NCBI RefSeq assembly: GCF_000143415.4
Contig: NW_003314451.1
Span: 37,323-101,322 of the forward strand
Origin: Selaginella moellendorffii
Lineage: Eukaryota > Plantae > Lycopodiophyta
Length of the DNA: 64,000 bases
Direction of reading: 5' to 3'
Shown piece by piece: positions 44,185 through 58,200 of the stretch (position 1 is its first letter; the number at the start of each line of letters is the position of its first letter). The notes under the pieces were generated by a model that saw only the letters and a list, made by a program, of their open reading frames with translations, did not search any database and was not told the origin of the DNA. The position numbers and the translations under genes are program-made.

Positions 44185-47100
44185 AACTTTAATGCTGGAG
44201 GGCATGTTCTGTGGTGGTCTAATATAGATTTTACTGAATAGTGGGAGCAATGACAACTTTGTTTTAACAAAGTTTGTTATGGAGCATGGCTTGGTCAGAC
44301 GAGGAGTTCTTCCATACATAGTGGAAAGTGCAGCTACCTCTACTTAGCATTTCAATACTTGTGTCAAGGGGCTGGAAGTGTTGGTTGGCAAAACCACACT
44401 TGTGGAGACTTTTTATTTAACGGATATCCATTGTGTGGATTTCATTCTTGGGATGTCATAGTTGATGAAGGTGGATCCAAAGATAAAGTGAAGTATTAAA
44501 CATGTCTCATTGACGTACGGTGGTATTAAAGATGTGTAGTTTCGAGAAGGAGTTCAACCTTCAGTTGTTATGCTCTCTACTACATCTTTGAAGCGGGCTT
44601 GTCGTAATAGAAAAGCACTTTCGAGTTACTTGTTGTTTGTTCATGACTTGAGGAACTAAGGCATGTGTGGGGGAGAAGCAGCAATATGGGATGTACTTGA
44701 CGAGTTTTCTGATGTTTTCTATCTAAACTTCCTCATGGGTTGCCTCAATTACGAGGTGTGGAGCATGGGATTATGTTGAAGCTGGGGACATAGCCAATTT
44801 ACTAGCATCCATTTCAGTTAAGTTATGCAGAGAAGCAAAAAGTTCAATAACAAGTCAAAGAGTTACTTGAGTTTGGATTTATTCAGCCAAGTAAGTCTCT
44901 GTTTGGTGCTCTGGTCTTGCTTGTGAAGAAAGACAGTTCAATGCGGATCTATATTGACTACCTTGCCTTGAACAAAAAGATAATGAAAGATAAAATGCCG
45001 ATGCCACATGTGGATGATATCCTAGATAAGCTTAGTGAAGCATAAGTGTTTACCAAGATTGATCTGAGGAGTGGATATCATCAGATTGCAATGGATGATG
45101 CGTCTATCTCCATGATGGCATTCAACACAAGCTTCAAACATTTTGAGTTTATAGTAATGCCATTTGGTTTAACGAATGCACTAGCCATATTTACTCAGTT
45201 GATGACAGAGGTATTTAGGCGTTATTTTCATGAGTTTGTGGAGATTTTTTTGGACGATATTCTTATTTTCAGCAAGAATATGGAGGAGCATAAGGTGTAT
45301 TTGAGTAAGGTTCTTTTGTTACTCCATGACAACAAACTTTATATGAAAAAGACAAAATATGAATTTGCAAAGTTGGAGGTAGAATATCTAAGCCATATTA
45401 TGACATCTAAAGGTGTCAAGACAAATCCAAGGAAGGTGGTTGTGGTGGAAAATTGGCCTATACTAACTATAGTGGCCAAGTTACATGGTTTTCTTGGTAT
45501 GGCTAGTTACTATTGATATTTCTAGCATAAGTTTGTAGAGGTGGCTATTCCTTTTACACAATTGTTACGCAAGAACGTGTCATTCGAGTGAAAGAAGCCA
45601 CAAGAGGAGAGTTTTGTGGCGCTGAAATGATTGTTGAGCGAGGCTTCAATGCTTCACATTGCTGATCCATTGAAACTTTACGAGGTGACATGTGATACAA
45701 GTGGTTATCCACTGGGAGGAGTTTTCATGCAAAAGAGACAGCCTATTGCATATGAAAGTCAAACTTTGAATCCTACGGAGCAACATTATTCCACATATGA
45801 ACAAAAGTTACTCTCTATTGTTCATGCTTTGTGGACATGGCGGCACTATCTTTATGGTGCAGTGTTTGTGGTGTTGAAGGATCACAAACCATTTGTGTAT
45901 CTTTTCATACAAAAGGAGTTGAACACTAGGCAAGCTCATTGGATGGTCAAACTCATGGAGTTTGGGGAGTTTTCTATTAAGCAAAATTAAATGTGGTGGT
46001 AGATGCTTTATTTTATGGTCATCATGTGACGGCATTACAAACACGGTTTTATCATCATTTGAGTAAAGTGGTCAACAAATTTGGGTAGTTGGTTGAGCAT
46101 GCTCAAGCTCAGGATGTTGAGATGGCTTCTTTGCAAGACTAGATGAAAACCCCTTTCTCATTGGTGGATGGGATTCTTTATTGCAATGGCTGTGTATATT
46201 TGCCATAGGTGGATACGTTAATTACTCAAGTTTTATCCCACTATCATGATCGTCCAGAAGTCTATCATTTTGGGGGGAAGAAAATGTATGAGTTGATTAA
46301 GAGCAATTTTTATTGGAGGAATATGAAGGTTGATATCCTCGAGTATTGTGAATCATGCAAGCTCTGTCAGTGGGTTAAGGTGCCATAGAAGAAGTCGGGA
46401 GGACTTTTGCAACCTTTACCTATTCCTCAGAGCCATTGGTGTAATATCTCTATAGACTTCATCACTTATTTGTTACAAACACAGAGATAAAAGGAGTAAA
46501 TATGGGTCATAGTGGATCAATTGACAAAATATGTGCAGTTGTTGGCTCTTTGGAAGACTGTTACTGTCTCAAACTTGGCTGCAGTTTACTTGGAGAAGGT
46601 TTTTCCTGATTTTTGTTTGCCAAAGGACATCATTAGTGATCGAGATTTAAAGTTCACAAGTGGATTTTGAAAGAGCTTTGTGAAGACTATGTAAGTGACT
46701 TTGAAACTCTCAAGTGGAGATCATCCTCAAATGGATGAGTGAACTAAGCATATGAATCAGGTGGTGGAGGATATGCTACATTATAGCATTGGTCAAAGGC
46801 AAAGATAGTGGGATTTATATCTTCCGTTGGTGCAATTTGCTTATAACAATAGCCAACACAGTGGAACCAAGCTAAGTCCTTACTTTGCCATATTTAGAAG
46901 GCATCCCTAAGCAATAACAGAGTTGGGATTGCATTTGAGTAAAGACATTCAAGATAAACTTGATTATGAGATGACTGATTTGGCCACAAAACTTGATGAG
47001 ATTCTGATGGTGTGCAAACGGAATTTGTAAGCAGCTCATGATAGAGTGGAAAAGTTTGCTAATGAGTATCGCCAATTTCGGGAATATAAGGTAGGTGATC

Positions 47101-47688
47101 TCGTCTTTGTGCGAGTGATTTTTTCGTCAAGTGAGCGGCGGAACACCTTGGTGCCTTTACGGATAGAGAAGAGTGATAAACTTTCCCATCGATATGCTAG
47201 TCCATATGAAGTGTTGGAGCGCATTAGTAAAGCAGTTTATCGGGTGCGGCTGCTAACTGGGGTGAAAATTCATCTAATATTTATGTTAACCAATTGAAAT
47301 ATGTACTATCTTGGAATGACAAACCCAATACTTCCTTAATGTATATAGCTATGGAAGATGGATTAAGAGCTTGAGCAGGGTTCCCTAGAAAGGGTGACCA
47401 CCAGTACAACTTGTCCTTGGGACAAGGATTTTGTTGGGGGGGAAAGAATTGCTAGATGCCAATTTTGCACGTGGTCAAAAGGAGGCTCAAAGTTATATTA
47501 AGGCATGTTAGGGTAAGGGATTTAATCTACCCTAAAGTTCACACTGGAGCAAGGGCACAATAAAGTTTTTTAGGTAGCTCAAAGGTGGTTGGGTGGTGAG
47601 GAACCTCAAAAAGAGGCATAACATAGTCTAGGAACATTAAATCTTTATCTTTTTGTGCTGGATCATAACACTTGCCCAGGCTGTAGAG
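44185..47688 (+). mobile_element. 5'-truncated, degenerate Ty3/Gypsy element (PR-RT-RH-INT, PPT, partial 3' LTR)
   Basis: LLNSGSNDNF, FTKIDLRSGYHQI, MPFGLTNA, FLDDILIFS, VTCDTSG, PIAYES and integrase, with many stops. [16 protein letters not shown] at ~47436 is followed by TG. The element splits the second LRR fragment. Confidence 0.92.
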
Positions 47689-47896
47689 GAAATCTCTTTG
47701 GAAAGGCACTTACCCAAAGAGAAGATTGTTGCCAAGATTGAGATGAGAGATGTTGGAGAGCGCACTGCAGAAAGCTTAAATCCTCACAAGCTCTGGCGAT
47801 CACACTTGCATCTTGTGGGACGTGGAGGCACAGAAACACCTCGTGCAGTTTGGTTTTGAGTCGTCCTCGGGCACACATCTGATATCATGAGGTGAG

Positions 47897-48560
47897 ACTG
47901 ACTACGAGAGATGCTTTTTACCAGATTCAAGCACACGAGTTTGTGGCAAACTGCAAATTATTCGAACTAGATGGCATCAAGAAAACTCCTGCAACAAAGC
48001 ACACGCTCATCCTCATCGACATCTGTGGCTGCGACATGGAAGAGTCAAAGGACGAGACTGAGAGCTCTTTCAACAAAGGTGAAGCCTGCATTGCTATTGC
48101 TCACGCCCAAAAACTCGTGGAAAGTGGAGTTAAGGCTATTGACATCGGAATAGTCACACCGTATGCGGCCCAGGTATCTATATATTGTTTCAGGGTTTGT
48201 GTTGTCTCTAAGTTTCATGCAATGCAGGTGAATGTTATGAGACGCATGAGAAATGAGGAACAACGTTTACTGGAAGTGGAAATCAGCACTATTGATGGTT
48301 TTCAAGGCTGGGAGAAGGAAGCAATGATAATTTCCATGGTTCGCTCCAACAATAAAAAGGAGGTGTGATTTTCTTGTTGAGGTAGCAGTGAGACTAAATG
48401 CTTTTGCTTTGAGTGACAAGCAGAGGATGAACGTTGCAGTTACGAGAGCAAAAAGACAATGCTGTGTCATATGTGATTTGGACACTGTGGGAAAAGATCC
48501 ATTTCTCAAGCGGCTTTTGGATTATTTTGAGAATATTGTTATGGTCTTTATTATCAATGA
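47897..48560 (+). pseudogene. Third, more decayed copy of the helicase 3' half
   Basis: Same start point as 37917. It has lost the last splice acceptor and carries a 9-nt deletion. Confidence 0.92.
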
Positions 48561-49357
48561 CTTAATTGTGGTAAGCTCCTCGTTTCTCGTTTGAGACACA
48601 TTGCCACGATCAATCTCATTGTTGCACTTGTGCTTAGGGATCTATTTCAAGCTCTTGATCCTTGACCAGACGTGTTCTCTACCTTTCTTTTATCTATGAT
48701 ATTTGGATTAAAAGCTTTGAAACATTTTAAGTTTGGTGTTTCTATTACCACCTGCTTTCTAGTGCACCAGTAGTTCCACATCACATGCTCCAACTAGTGA
48801 GCATTCGTGCAGCCTTCCCCTCTATCACAAACCCGCTGCTGCAACCCTCTGATTCATAATCGGGAGCATCTGACAAAGTACCATCTCTAGGAGGTGAACC
48901 CGGAAGTGATGTCTACAATACGCTCTCGACCTCATACCATCACCAGGTCGGACGACAATTCCACATCACCTCCGGCTCTGCCATGAAGGAAACAGAGACA
49001 GTAACACACCTCCTGAAAGCTTGCCCTGCACACACAGAATTCCGCACACCCACGTAGCTCCATGCAAGTGATGTATTTGACGAGAGTTGCTGCTGTGTCC
49101 TTATTTGCAAGGAGTGTGGGTGTCTCCGCGTTCCAGTCGATGTACGCCAAATACATATTTCACATGCAATGCAGGCAATCGTAATGCGAGATCTCGAACA
49201 AGAGAAGACGAGCAGATAGGGCAAATGAGCCGAGCAAAACAACAACGAAGACAGCACGAATAAATCCAAATTGCATTTTTGCATCCATCAGTCTCGATGG
49301 GCACCGCAATACTCTCAAAAACAGCATATAGACACTGCTTTTTTCTTGAGTTGGAGC

Positions 49358-51170
49358 TGTTGTCAATCTATTGAATTGTATTGCAATGAACCACAAGAAA
49401 AAAAACCGAACGTGTCCCCCAACATGATGTGTCAGCCACGTGGTTGTCCGTGTCTTCCCCAATGGGAGTATTGAGAGGGCTGTCCAGAAAATTATGCTTT
49501 GTTCTGGAAGAAATCTTGTGATTGTTGCTCAAGGCAATAATACCCATGTAAGACCGCTTTCTTTCCCTAGAACTTTGTATCCGTCGAGCTGCTCCATGTA
49601 GATGTTTTCATCGAGCTCGTCATTCAGGAACGCTGTCTTGACATCCATTTGGGTGCGGATTGACCAGTATACTCCAGCTACTTGCTAGTAGCCTTTTACT
49701 AGCGTATGATCTGGGTTGAGCTTGATAGTGGGAATCCACATGGACTTCACCAATTTTCTCCCGGCCGGAGCTGCTTTCACCAAAGAAAAAGGATGGTTCT
49801 TGACGAAGGAATTGTACTCTTCTGCAACCCATTTGTCCTTGTCTGGCAAGAGCATCGGCATAGCTGCGAGGAACTTCTACGCCAGCTAGCAAAATCTCGA
49901 TGAGACTTTGTTGCAAGCATGGTTTCGATGCTGGTTGATCTGCGTCTGGGCACAGGCAGAGGTACTGCAGGTTCCTCCGGGCTGCATCGTAGAGTGGTCT
50001 CTGGATCAGGATCAGGGTGAATTGGTTCAAGAACCGAAGGAACCTGGTCAAGAACAGGGGAAGTCAGATCTTGAGCGTCCTGGGCTGGGAGAATGAAGTG
50101 TCCCTACCCGAAATCCAGAAGGCTGGACGCCTGTGGAAATAACTCCAGGCTGAATGTGGTTACAACCAGGCCCAAAACATTACATTATAAGCCCGAAGCA
50201 TGCTATTTGCCCCATCAATCAGGCTCTGGTTTTTCCTCTCAACCATTCCGTTCTGCTGCGAGGAATAGGGGTTCCCGTTGAATCCCATGTTTCTGGAGGA
50301 ACATGGAAAATTCGCGAGAAACATACTCACCACCTCTATCTGAACGAAACCGTTTAAGTTTCTTGTTCGTCTGGTTCTCAGCGAGAGCCTTAAAAATCTC
50401 AAGCTTGTTGAGAGCTTGAGATTTGGACGTCAAGCAGTAAACAAAAGTCTTCCCGCTGTAGTCAAAGTGATAAAGTATTTCGAGCTCCCAAAAGAAACAT
50501 GAGGGGAAGGACCCCAAATGTCACTATGCACGAGCTCTAATACTTCAGAAGCTGGAAATGGGATATGATGCTGCTTGCCGAGTTGACAACCTGGGCAAAC
50601 GGAGAGTTTTTCCAAGGTCTCAAAACTTGGAATCCATGTGATCTTTGGAGAGAGCTCGCGTGGCCAAAGCTCTAGCTGATCGGTTTTGGAAGCCACGAAC
50701 GTAAGGAACTGATGTGGTTTGTCAACCACTTCGACTGCTCGTATGTGGCGTCCACATATCACAAGTGTTTGGCATGATTCGTTTTCTTGCAATGCGGGCA
50801 GGGTCAAATTTCCTGGTCGTGCTGGAAGAACTCCCACTGGAACGTGACGATTTCTTCTTGCCTGGCCTTGCTGTAATGGGAGGGAGCGAGGTGGGGAAGG
50901 AGGAGGAGATGGCAGAGAATTTGGAGAATTTTCCGCCATGGGAGGTATACTAATCCATTCTCCTTGCTCTAATTTGCCTTGTGATGCAGCTGCTTGAGCA
51001 TGGCAACACATCCTATGCTGCTCTCTCCATCTCCTAGTCATCCTGGATCGTACTGCTATGATACCATGTTGTCATTCCATTGAATTGTATAAAATGAAAT
51101 TGGATGAACCACAAGAAAAAGAACCAGACGTGTCTCCCAACTTGACATGTCAGCCACGTGGCTATTTGGA
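49358..51170 (-). mobile_element. Internally deleted Ty1/Copia element with ~100-bp LTRs
   Basis: Direct repeats at 49358-~49450 and 51067-~51165, PBS TGGTATCATAGC (iMet-like) at 51055-51066, and motifs LELVHSDIWGP, RSDRGGEY, QQNGMVERKN and QMDVKTAFLN. Confidence 0.9.
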
Positions 51171-52618
51171 TCTGCCTGTGATCCATGCTGAGTTTACCTT
51201 TGTAACTTCATTCTGTTACCTAATATGGTTGTTACAAGAAATGAGTATGGACTTCAGTTCAACCATCCACTACACTTATATAGCTAGTTCAAGGTGATGT
51301 GGAAAGATAAAAGTTTAATGGGTTAATTTCCTGTATTCTAAACAAGAGAAGAAAAGTTATTGTTAGTGGCTCAATCTCCCATGCTGAGACTTTTGTGTCC
51401 ACCAGTGGATTTAAATGTCGTAGGATTTGTCTTGCTTCAGTAAGTTCTCATCAAGTTTGACCACCTTACCATCAATTCATTAAAGACAGTATCATCTTAT
51501 AGTTAGAACTCATGGTTTCCTAAAGCAATAGTATAAGCCAACTACAAAAATCTCAATGAATTAATTGCAACCTTTTATGCAATTGCCAAATGCTTAAACT
51601 AACCTTGAAATTATAATTTTAAATTGAAATAAAGTTTTTAATAGCCACAATAATCCATAAAACACCATTGTAGCAAATAATATCTTAAATTTATTCATCG
51701 GCCACCCTCTGAAACCATTATTAACTTGGAATTATAAAAAACAGAACATGTCTCTACATTTCCTCTTGAAATTTGCATTAACTTGAACTCACAATCTTCA
51801 TCTTAACACCATATATAAGAGGTTAAACTCATTTTATTTGTCCCCAAGGGAAAAAATGTTCTAAAGCATTGGCTATATTTGGACTTGTTATACTCATCAT
51901 CACTCCACTATTATATATATTTGCCCTTATTGTGTTAATGTCAGTTGTTCTATTTAAATTTGCTAGACTCATCTTTACTTAACAATTCATGTTATTTGCT
52001 ATCACTCTATTGTCATATTCATTTGTCCTCACATCATCATTAGAGTTGAACTCTTGCTCATCCCCTTTACCTTGTTCTTTGAAGAAAAAAAAGTTTAAAG
52101 AGTTGGGATAAAGAAGAAGAAATTAAAAAAATAAAGAAGAAATATTGTAGAAGAAGAAAAAATAAATAAAGAAGCATTAGAAAAAGAACTTTTGGAATTG
52201 GAGAAATATGGGTTTCACTTTAGGACTTAGGGATTTTTTTTTATATGTGCTAATACTATAAATAAGGAAGAAATGTTAGAAACCTAAAAAAGCCATAAAG
52301 GCTAAAAATATAAAAAAAGTTAGGAAAGAGTAGAAAGTAAAGGAAAAAGATCTGATAATAAATTAAGAGAATCAACTTATCACAATGTGAAAGATTTAGA
52401 TCATCATTGCAGCCATTCTATCTCACAACCTCTCCAAAATTAATTCAGACTTCTATTTGTTTTTGCTAGTTTCTACATGTTTGTCTTCACTCCTAGATAA
52501 CACTTAGATTGGTGATTTAGTGTATGATTCATCAATATACAGCTTAACATGTCCAATAATTCATGTGAGTTGAAATGTTTATCTCACCCATTTAATAACT
52601 TCAAGACATTGAAGTTAT

Positions 52619-52620
<2 letters not shown>

Positions 52621-52703
<83 letters not shown>
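52621..52703. repeat. (AT)n microsatellite
   Basis: About 41 AT units. Confidence 0.98.
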
Positions 52704-52707
<4 letters not shown>

Positions 52708-54244
52708 ATATCTACTGATATATATATATAATTGAGCTTTTATGCCACCGTATTACTATTTCTTTGTAATTTGCATTCTTCTTATGTGTGGTGATGTGTT
52801 TTATAAATGTCCTTTAGTTCTCACTTATAATAATACTCACAAAGTGTAAAGACTTTTAGCATGCCACTATTACTTCCACTTTCTTCAAATACATACAAAA
52901 TTTTCAATATTTATGCTCTTCTAGTGGTAATATTATATGTTTACCCACCTATAGCAAGTGGTCAATATAACTTCTATTGCACCTCTAAGATAATTTTGTG
53001 ATCCATCATTATTTTACTAGATTGAAGATAAAACATAATATCAATAAAAAAATATATTAAGTAACAAAATAAATTTAATGTCATTTGTAAATAAATACCT
53101 GTGAACAGGAAATAGAGTTTTGTCTTATAATTAATTAAGCATATCACTAAAGTGTTTTGCTAAAATTTAAATCTGTGCTAGCAAACACTATTCAACCTTA
53201 TTATAGTATTTGAGAATGTTCTTTCTTTTGTCATAAAAATAGAAGTGTTAAATAAAACATTTGAAATAACATTCCACATATAACACATTTATATTTCTTT
53301 TCTAGTTGGACAACATTAAATAATGCTTTGAAACACAACCTCAAATATAAATATAAGTGTTATATAACACTTTATTTTTTAGTATATTTTCTTGTTTATA
53401 GATGTTATTGCAATGTAATATTTATACAAAATTACTATAGTGATGCTGTTATATCAAGTGCATCCACATAAAGCTCCTCTGTCCACCATTGTTTTTATTA
53501 TGAAAAATTATACATTAATGTCAAAATTTATAAACAACTAAATATCACTATAAAGTTTATTATGATGTTTCTAAGCCTTTTGCCAACAACAAACTTTTGC
53601 TAGACTACATCATTATCTTTGGTATGATAAATATTTTTTGGTAGCTTTATAAAAATTTAGAGTAATTACACTAAGCTAAATAATCCTAACTACACTCAAA
53701 AGTAAGTTGAAAGCCTAGAGATAAGATATTCTATCTTTACCTTTTTTTATTTGGAAAGGAAACCCAAAAATAAAATAGAAACATCTTATATTCTCAAATA
53801 TCCACTTATCTTTAAGTGAAAAAAATGTAATATGAAATTTTTTGTTTCATTGCTCATCTATCAAAAGCATGATGGCATATAAGTAAGTTTGAAAAGACAT
53901 TAGATTAATCAATTTGACATTTAGTAAAATCATGAAAGATATTATGTTAACATTAAGTATAAATATTTATAAAAATGTTTTCATAATCTAATGGAATTGT
54001 ATTATATGTTCTCTTACTTTGAACAAAGAACTTTACATTCACTTTAGGCCTATTTAAGTACTCAATCAAGTCAGTTGCACTTTAGAATTGTCAATCCAGT
54101 GTGAGTAAGAGGCTTGTAGCCAGATAAAAATAAGGAGAAATGAAAAACATTTATAAGTGTCTGTGTGAGGAATGACAGAAAGTCCATAAAATAGGAATAA
54201 TAGAAATAATTTAAATAAAATTATTTTAGAAGTTTATGTACCTC

Positions 54245-55230
54245 NNNNNNNNNNNNNNNNNNNNNNNNNNNNNNNNNNNNNNNNNNNNNNNNNNNNNNNN
54301 NNNNNNNNNNNNNNNNNNNNNNNNNNNNNNNNNNNNNNNNNNNNNNNNNNNNNNNNNNNNNNNNNNNNNNNNNNNNNNNNNNNNNNNNNNNNNNNNNNNN
54401 NNNNNNNNNNNNNNNNNNNNNNNNNNNNNNNNNNNNNNNNNNNNNNNNNNNNNNNNNNNNNNNNNNNNNNNNNNNNNNNNNNNNNNNNNNNNNNNNNNNN
54501 NNNNNNNNNNNNNNNNNNNNNNNNNNNNNNNNNNNNNNNNNNNNNNNNNNNNNNNNNNNNNNNNNNNNNNNNNNNNNNNNNNNNNNNNNNNNNNNNNNNN
54601 NNNNNNNNNNNNNNNNNNNNNNNNNNNNNNNNNNNNNNNNNNNNNNNNNNNNNNNNNNNNNNNNNNNNNNNNNNNNNNNNNNNNNNNNNNNNNNNNNNNN
54701 NNNNNNNNNNNNNNNNNNNNNNNNNNNNNNNNNNNNNNNNNNNNNNNNNNNNNNNNNNNNNNNNNNNNNNNNNNNNNNNNNNNNNNNNNNNNNNNNNNNN
54801 NNNNNNNNNNNNNNNNNNNNNNNNNNNNNNNNNNNNNNNNNNNNNNNNNNNNNNNNNNNNNNNNNNNNNNNNNNNNNNNNNNNNNNNNNNNNNNNNNNNN
54901 NNNNNNNNNNNNNNNNNNNNNNNNNNNNNNNNNNNNNNNNNNNNNNNNNNNNNNNNNNNNNNNNNNNNNNNNNNNNNNNNNNNNNNNNNNNNNNNNNNNN
55001 NNNNNNNNNNNNNNNNNNNNNNNNNNNNNNNNNNNNNNNNNNNNNNNNNNNNNNNNNNNNNNNNNNNNNNNNNNNNNNNNNNNNNNNNNNNNNNNNNNNN
55101 NNNNNNNNNNNNNNNNNNNNNNNNNNNNNNNNNNNNNNNNNNNNNNNNNNNNNNNNNNNNNNNNNNNNNNNNNNNNNNNNNNNNNNNNNNNNNNNNNNNN
55201 NNNNNNNNNNNNNNNNNNNNNNNNNNNNNN
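54245..55230. other. Assembly gap (N)
   Basis: Run of N. Confidence 1.
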
Positions 55231-58200
55231 CTAATCCTATGACCTAGCATTGGCAGCTCGTGGCAATCATGATGGTAAACCCAGCTCCGTTAGTAATATT
55301 GGATCATGACCATATAGGAGTTTATATGATGAAGCACCAACAAAACTCTACACCTCTGTGACATATGCATACCGAAGAGACAGCAAATAACCATCCCAAT
55401 TCGAATACTAAAAGTTCATATACTTCGCAATCATCCTTTTGAATGTCCGAATGAGCCGTTCCACCACACCGTTTGATTGTGGATGATAAGCACTCGTGAA
55501 AGTGTGGCGTATCCCCAACCGAGATGTCAAAACATGAAATGCCTTAGCCATAAATGCGGGACCATTATCCGAAAGAATTTGCTCTGGACAAGAATGCTGG
55601 AACACCACTCGATTGAGGAGGAAGTATTTAACAGCAGTTGCAGAGGCACTAGCAAGAGAACCAACTTCCACCCAATGAGTCAAGTAGTTAGAAGCAATAA
55701 TAACATACTCATTGCCAGCAGTCGACCATGGAAAAGGTCTCATAAGATCAAATGCCACCAACTCAAATGGACGAGAAACTGCAATTGACTCCAACTATCC
55801 TTTCGTAGCACAAGAGGGAATATTACAAGATTGGCACTAAACGTAGTTACGCACATACCAGATAATATCACGTCGCATCTTTGGCCAATAGAAAGACCTA
55901 TACAGCTTCTTGGTTATATGACAATGTCCCATATGCCTACCTAGAATAGGAGAATCATGGTAGACATGGAGAAACTATGGAATAAAGACAAAAGGCACCA
56001 CCAGCCATAAATGATCATGAGGATCTGTCCCCACAAAATAAAAAAGACTGTTTTTAAGGCGATATTGAGAATGTAAATTCTGGAAAGGCAAGTCATTAGC
56101 AAGTGATGTAAGATTCTTAAACCCATCTCGAAACCTTCGAATTCACGGCTCAATTTTTTGAGCCTTGCGAACCTCATTAAAAGAAGGTAGATCTTGTTCT
56201 GCACCTTGTGAACACTAAATGTCAAGTACAGCAACCGCCGACGGCACAGAATCCTCGTTTAGAAAATCCATAGATGCTGGAACAACAGGCTCGTCAGAAA
56301 TATGAGAAGAGAGTGGAGAAGGAAGAAGAGCTCAAGAAAGGGCATCAGCATCAGCATCAGCCATAGAACTTCTTGGGCGATAAACAACATCAAAATCATA
56401 TATCTAAAGCTTCAAAGCCCATCGAGCAGTACAACCCACTAGGTTCTTCTGCTTTTATAATGAAGTAACAAGAATATGGTCACCTTCAAGTAATGTCCGA
56501 GAACCATGTAGATATGCATAAAGTTTCTGTAGTTGCATATATTGCTGATAAACACTCCTTATTTGTCATAGAGTAGTTCATCTCCGCTAGTTGTAATGTA
56601 CGGCTTATATATGCAATGGGATGGTGTTGACCATGTACACTCGGGCTCTCTTGCATCAATACACCTCCAAGACCAATGTCAGAAGCATCCACGTGCAAAA
56701 TAAAAGGTCAAGTGTAGTCAAGATATGCCAAAACCAAAGGAGTCGTCAATAACTCTTTGAGATCCACAAACACCCACTCACAATTTAGAGACCAAATGAA
56801 AGATAGCTTTGATGACTTCAGCAACGCTCACAATGGTGTAGTGCAATCAGAAAGAAGATCCACAAAACGACTGAGATACTGCACCTTGCCCAAAAAACAC
56901 TACACATCATTCACACACTTCGGACAAAGGAACTTTACAACAACCACAAGTTTGTCAGGATCAACTTGTAAACCCTCTTGAGAAATATGGTACCCAAGAT
57001 AAATTGTGTCCTTGGACCCAAACATGCACTTTGACCGCTTCAGCTTTAAACCAACATCGCATAGCCAATCTAACACTTTACAAACATCACAAATGTGCTC
57101 CTCCCACATCCCCTCCGAGTGGATCAAGACATCATCAATGAAGTTAGCACTCACCTCCGGTATATCGTAAAGAACCTCATCCATCATCCACTAGAAAGTT
57201 GCTAGAGCATTGTTCAAACCAAACGGAATCACCAAAAACTTGTACAACCAAATGGTGTACAAAAAAAAGTCTTAGGAATATCTTCTTCGGCCATCGATAC
57301 TTGCCAGTACCCAAAAGTAAGATTTAGCTTGGTGAACCAACGACTTCGCCCCAGACAATCCAAGAGATCAGCAGTGTGAGGAAGAGGGTACATATCTGGG
57401 ATTGTCACTTCGTTTAACGAACAATAGTTGATGCAAAAACGAATACTCCCATCAGGCTTCGTCACAAGATGAGGTTCACATACCCAAGGACTCCACGACT
57501 TTGGAATAACACCCTTCTCCAACATCTCCTTGACGTTTGCACATAAAATCTTGATCTCCTTGGGTGACTAATGACGAACAGGAACCTTGATTGGACAAGC
57601 ATCCTTGGTTGGAATCAGATGATATGTGGCAATCTTGGCCCTAGACAATAGGTCAAATTCAAAGAGGTCAGAATACTTCTTCATGAGCCAGTCAACTGTT
57701 GCAACACAAAGATTGTTGGAGGGATCGGAAAAGGGAAGAGCAAAATAAACGGAAACATAGGAGGAAATAGTGGAGGAACAAATGTAATGGAAGTAAAGGT
57801 AAAAGTAGAGGGACAAAAATGTATAGAAGTGAAAGGAATGGATGAAACATTGTCTCATACTTCCTTATGAGACAAGGGAGAGAAGCCTCAAAGTCACACT
57901 TGGTATGATTGTGCTGCAACCAATCCATACCAAGTATGAGGTCAAAAGCTTGACTCGGCACCACCCGCAATGACTGTAACGCAAGCTTGAGATCACCCAT
58001 ACGCACAACCAGGTTCGCCTCATCCCGTGCACATGCATGTGTACAGCCGTTGCCACAAAGAATGAAAATTAGTTCCGCTGCACGACACAAGTGTAAACGG
58101 CAACGTGTGGCAACAAGTTGAGCAATAGAAAATAAACTCAAACCTATATCAACCAACATGGAGAGAATAATAGGAAACCTCTTATTATAAAAACGCACTG

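Noticed and set aside
51520-54244. Possible decayed DNA-transposon gene in the AT-rich stretch
   Set aside because: No recognisable protein motif or terminal repeat could be supported by eye.
54234-55250. 338-aa and 332-aa ORFs
   Set aside because: Artefacts of the N gap.
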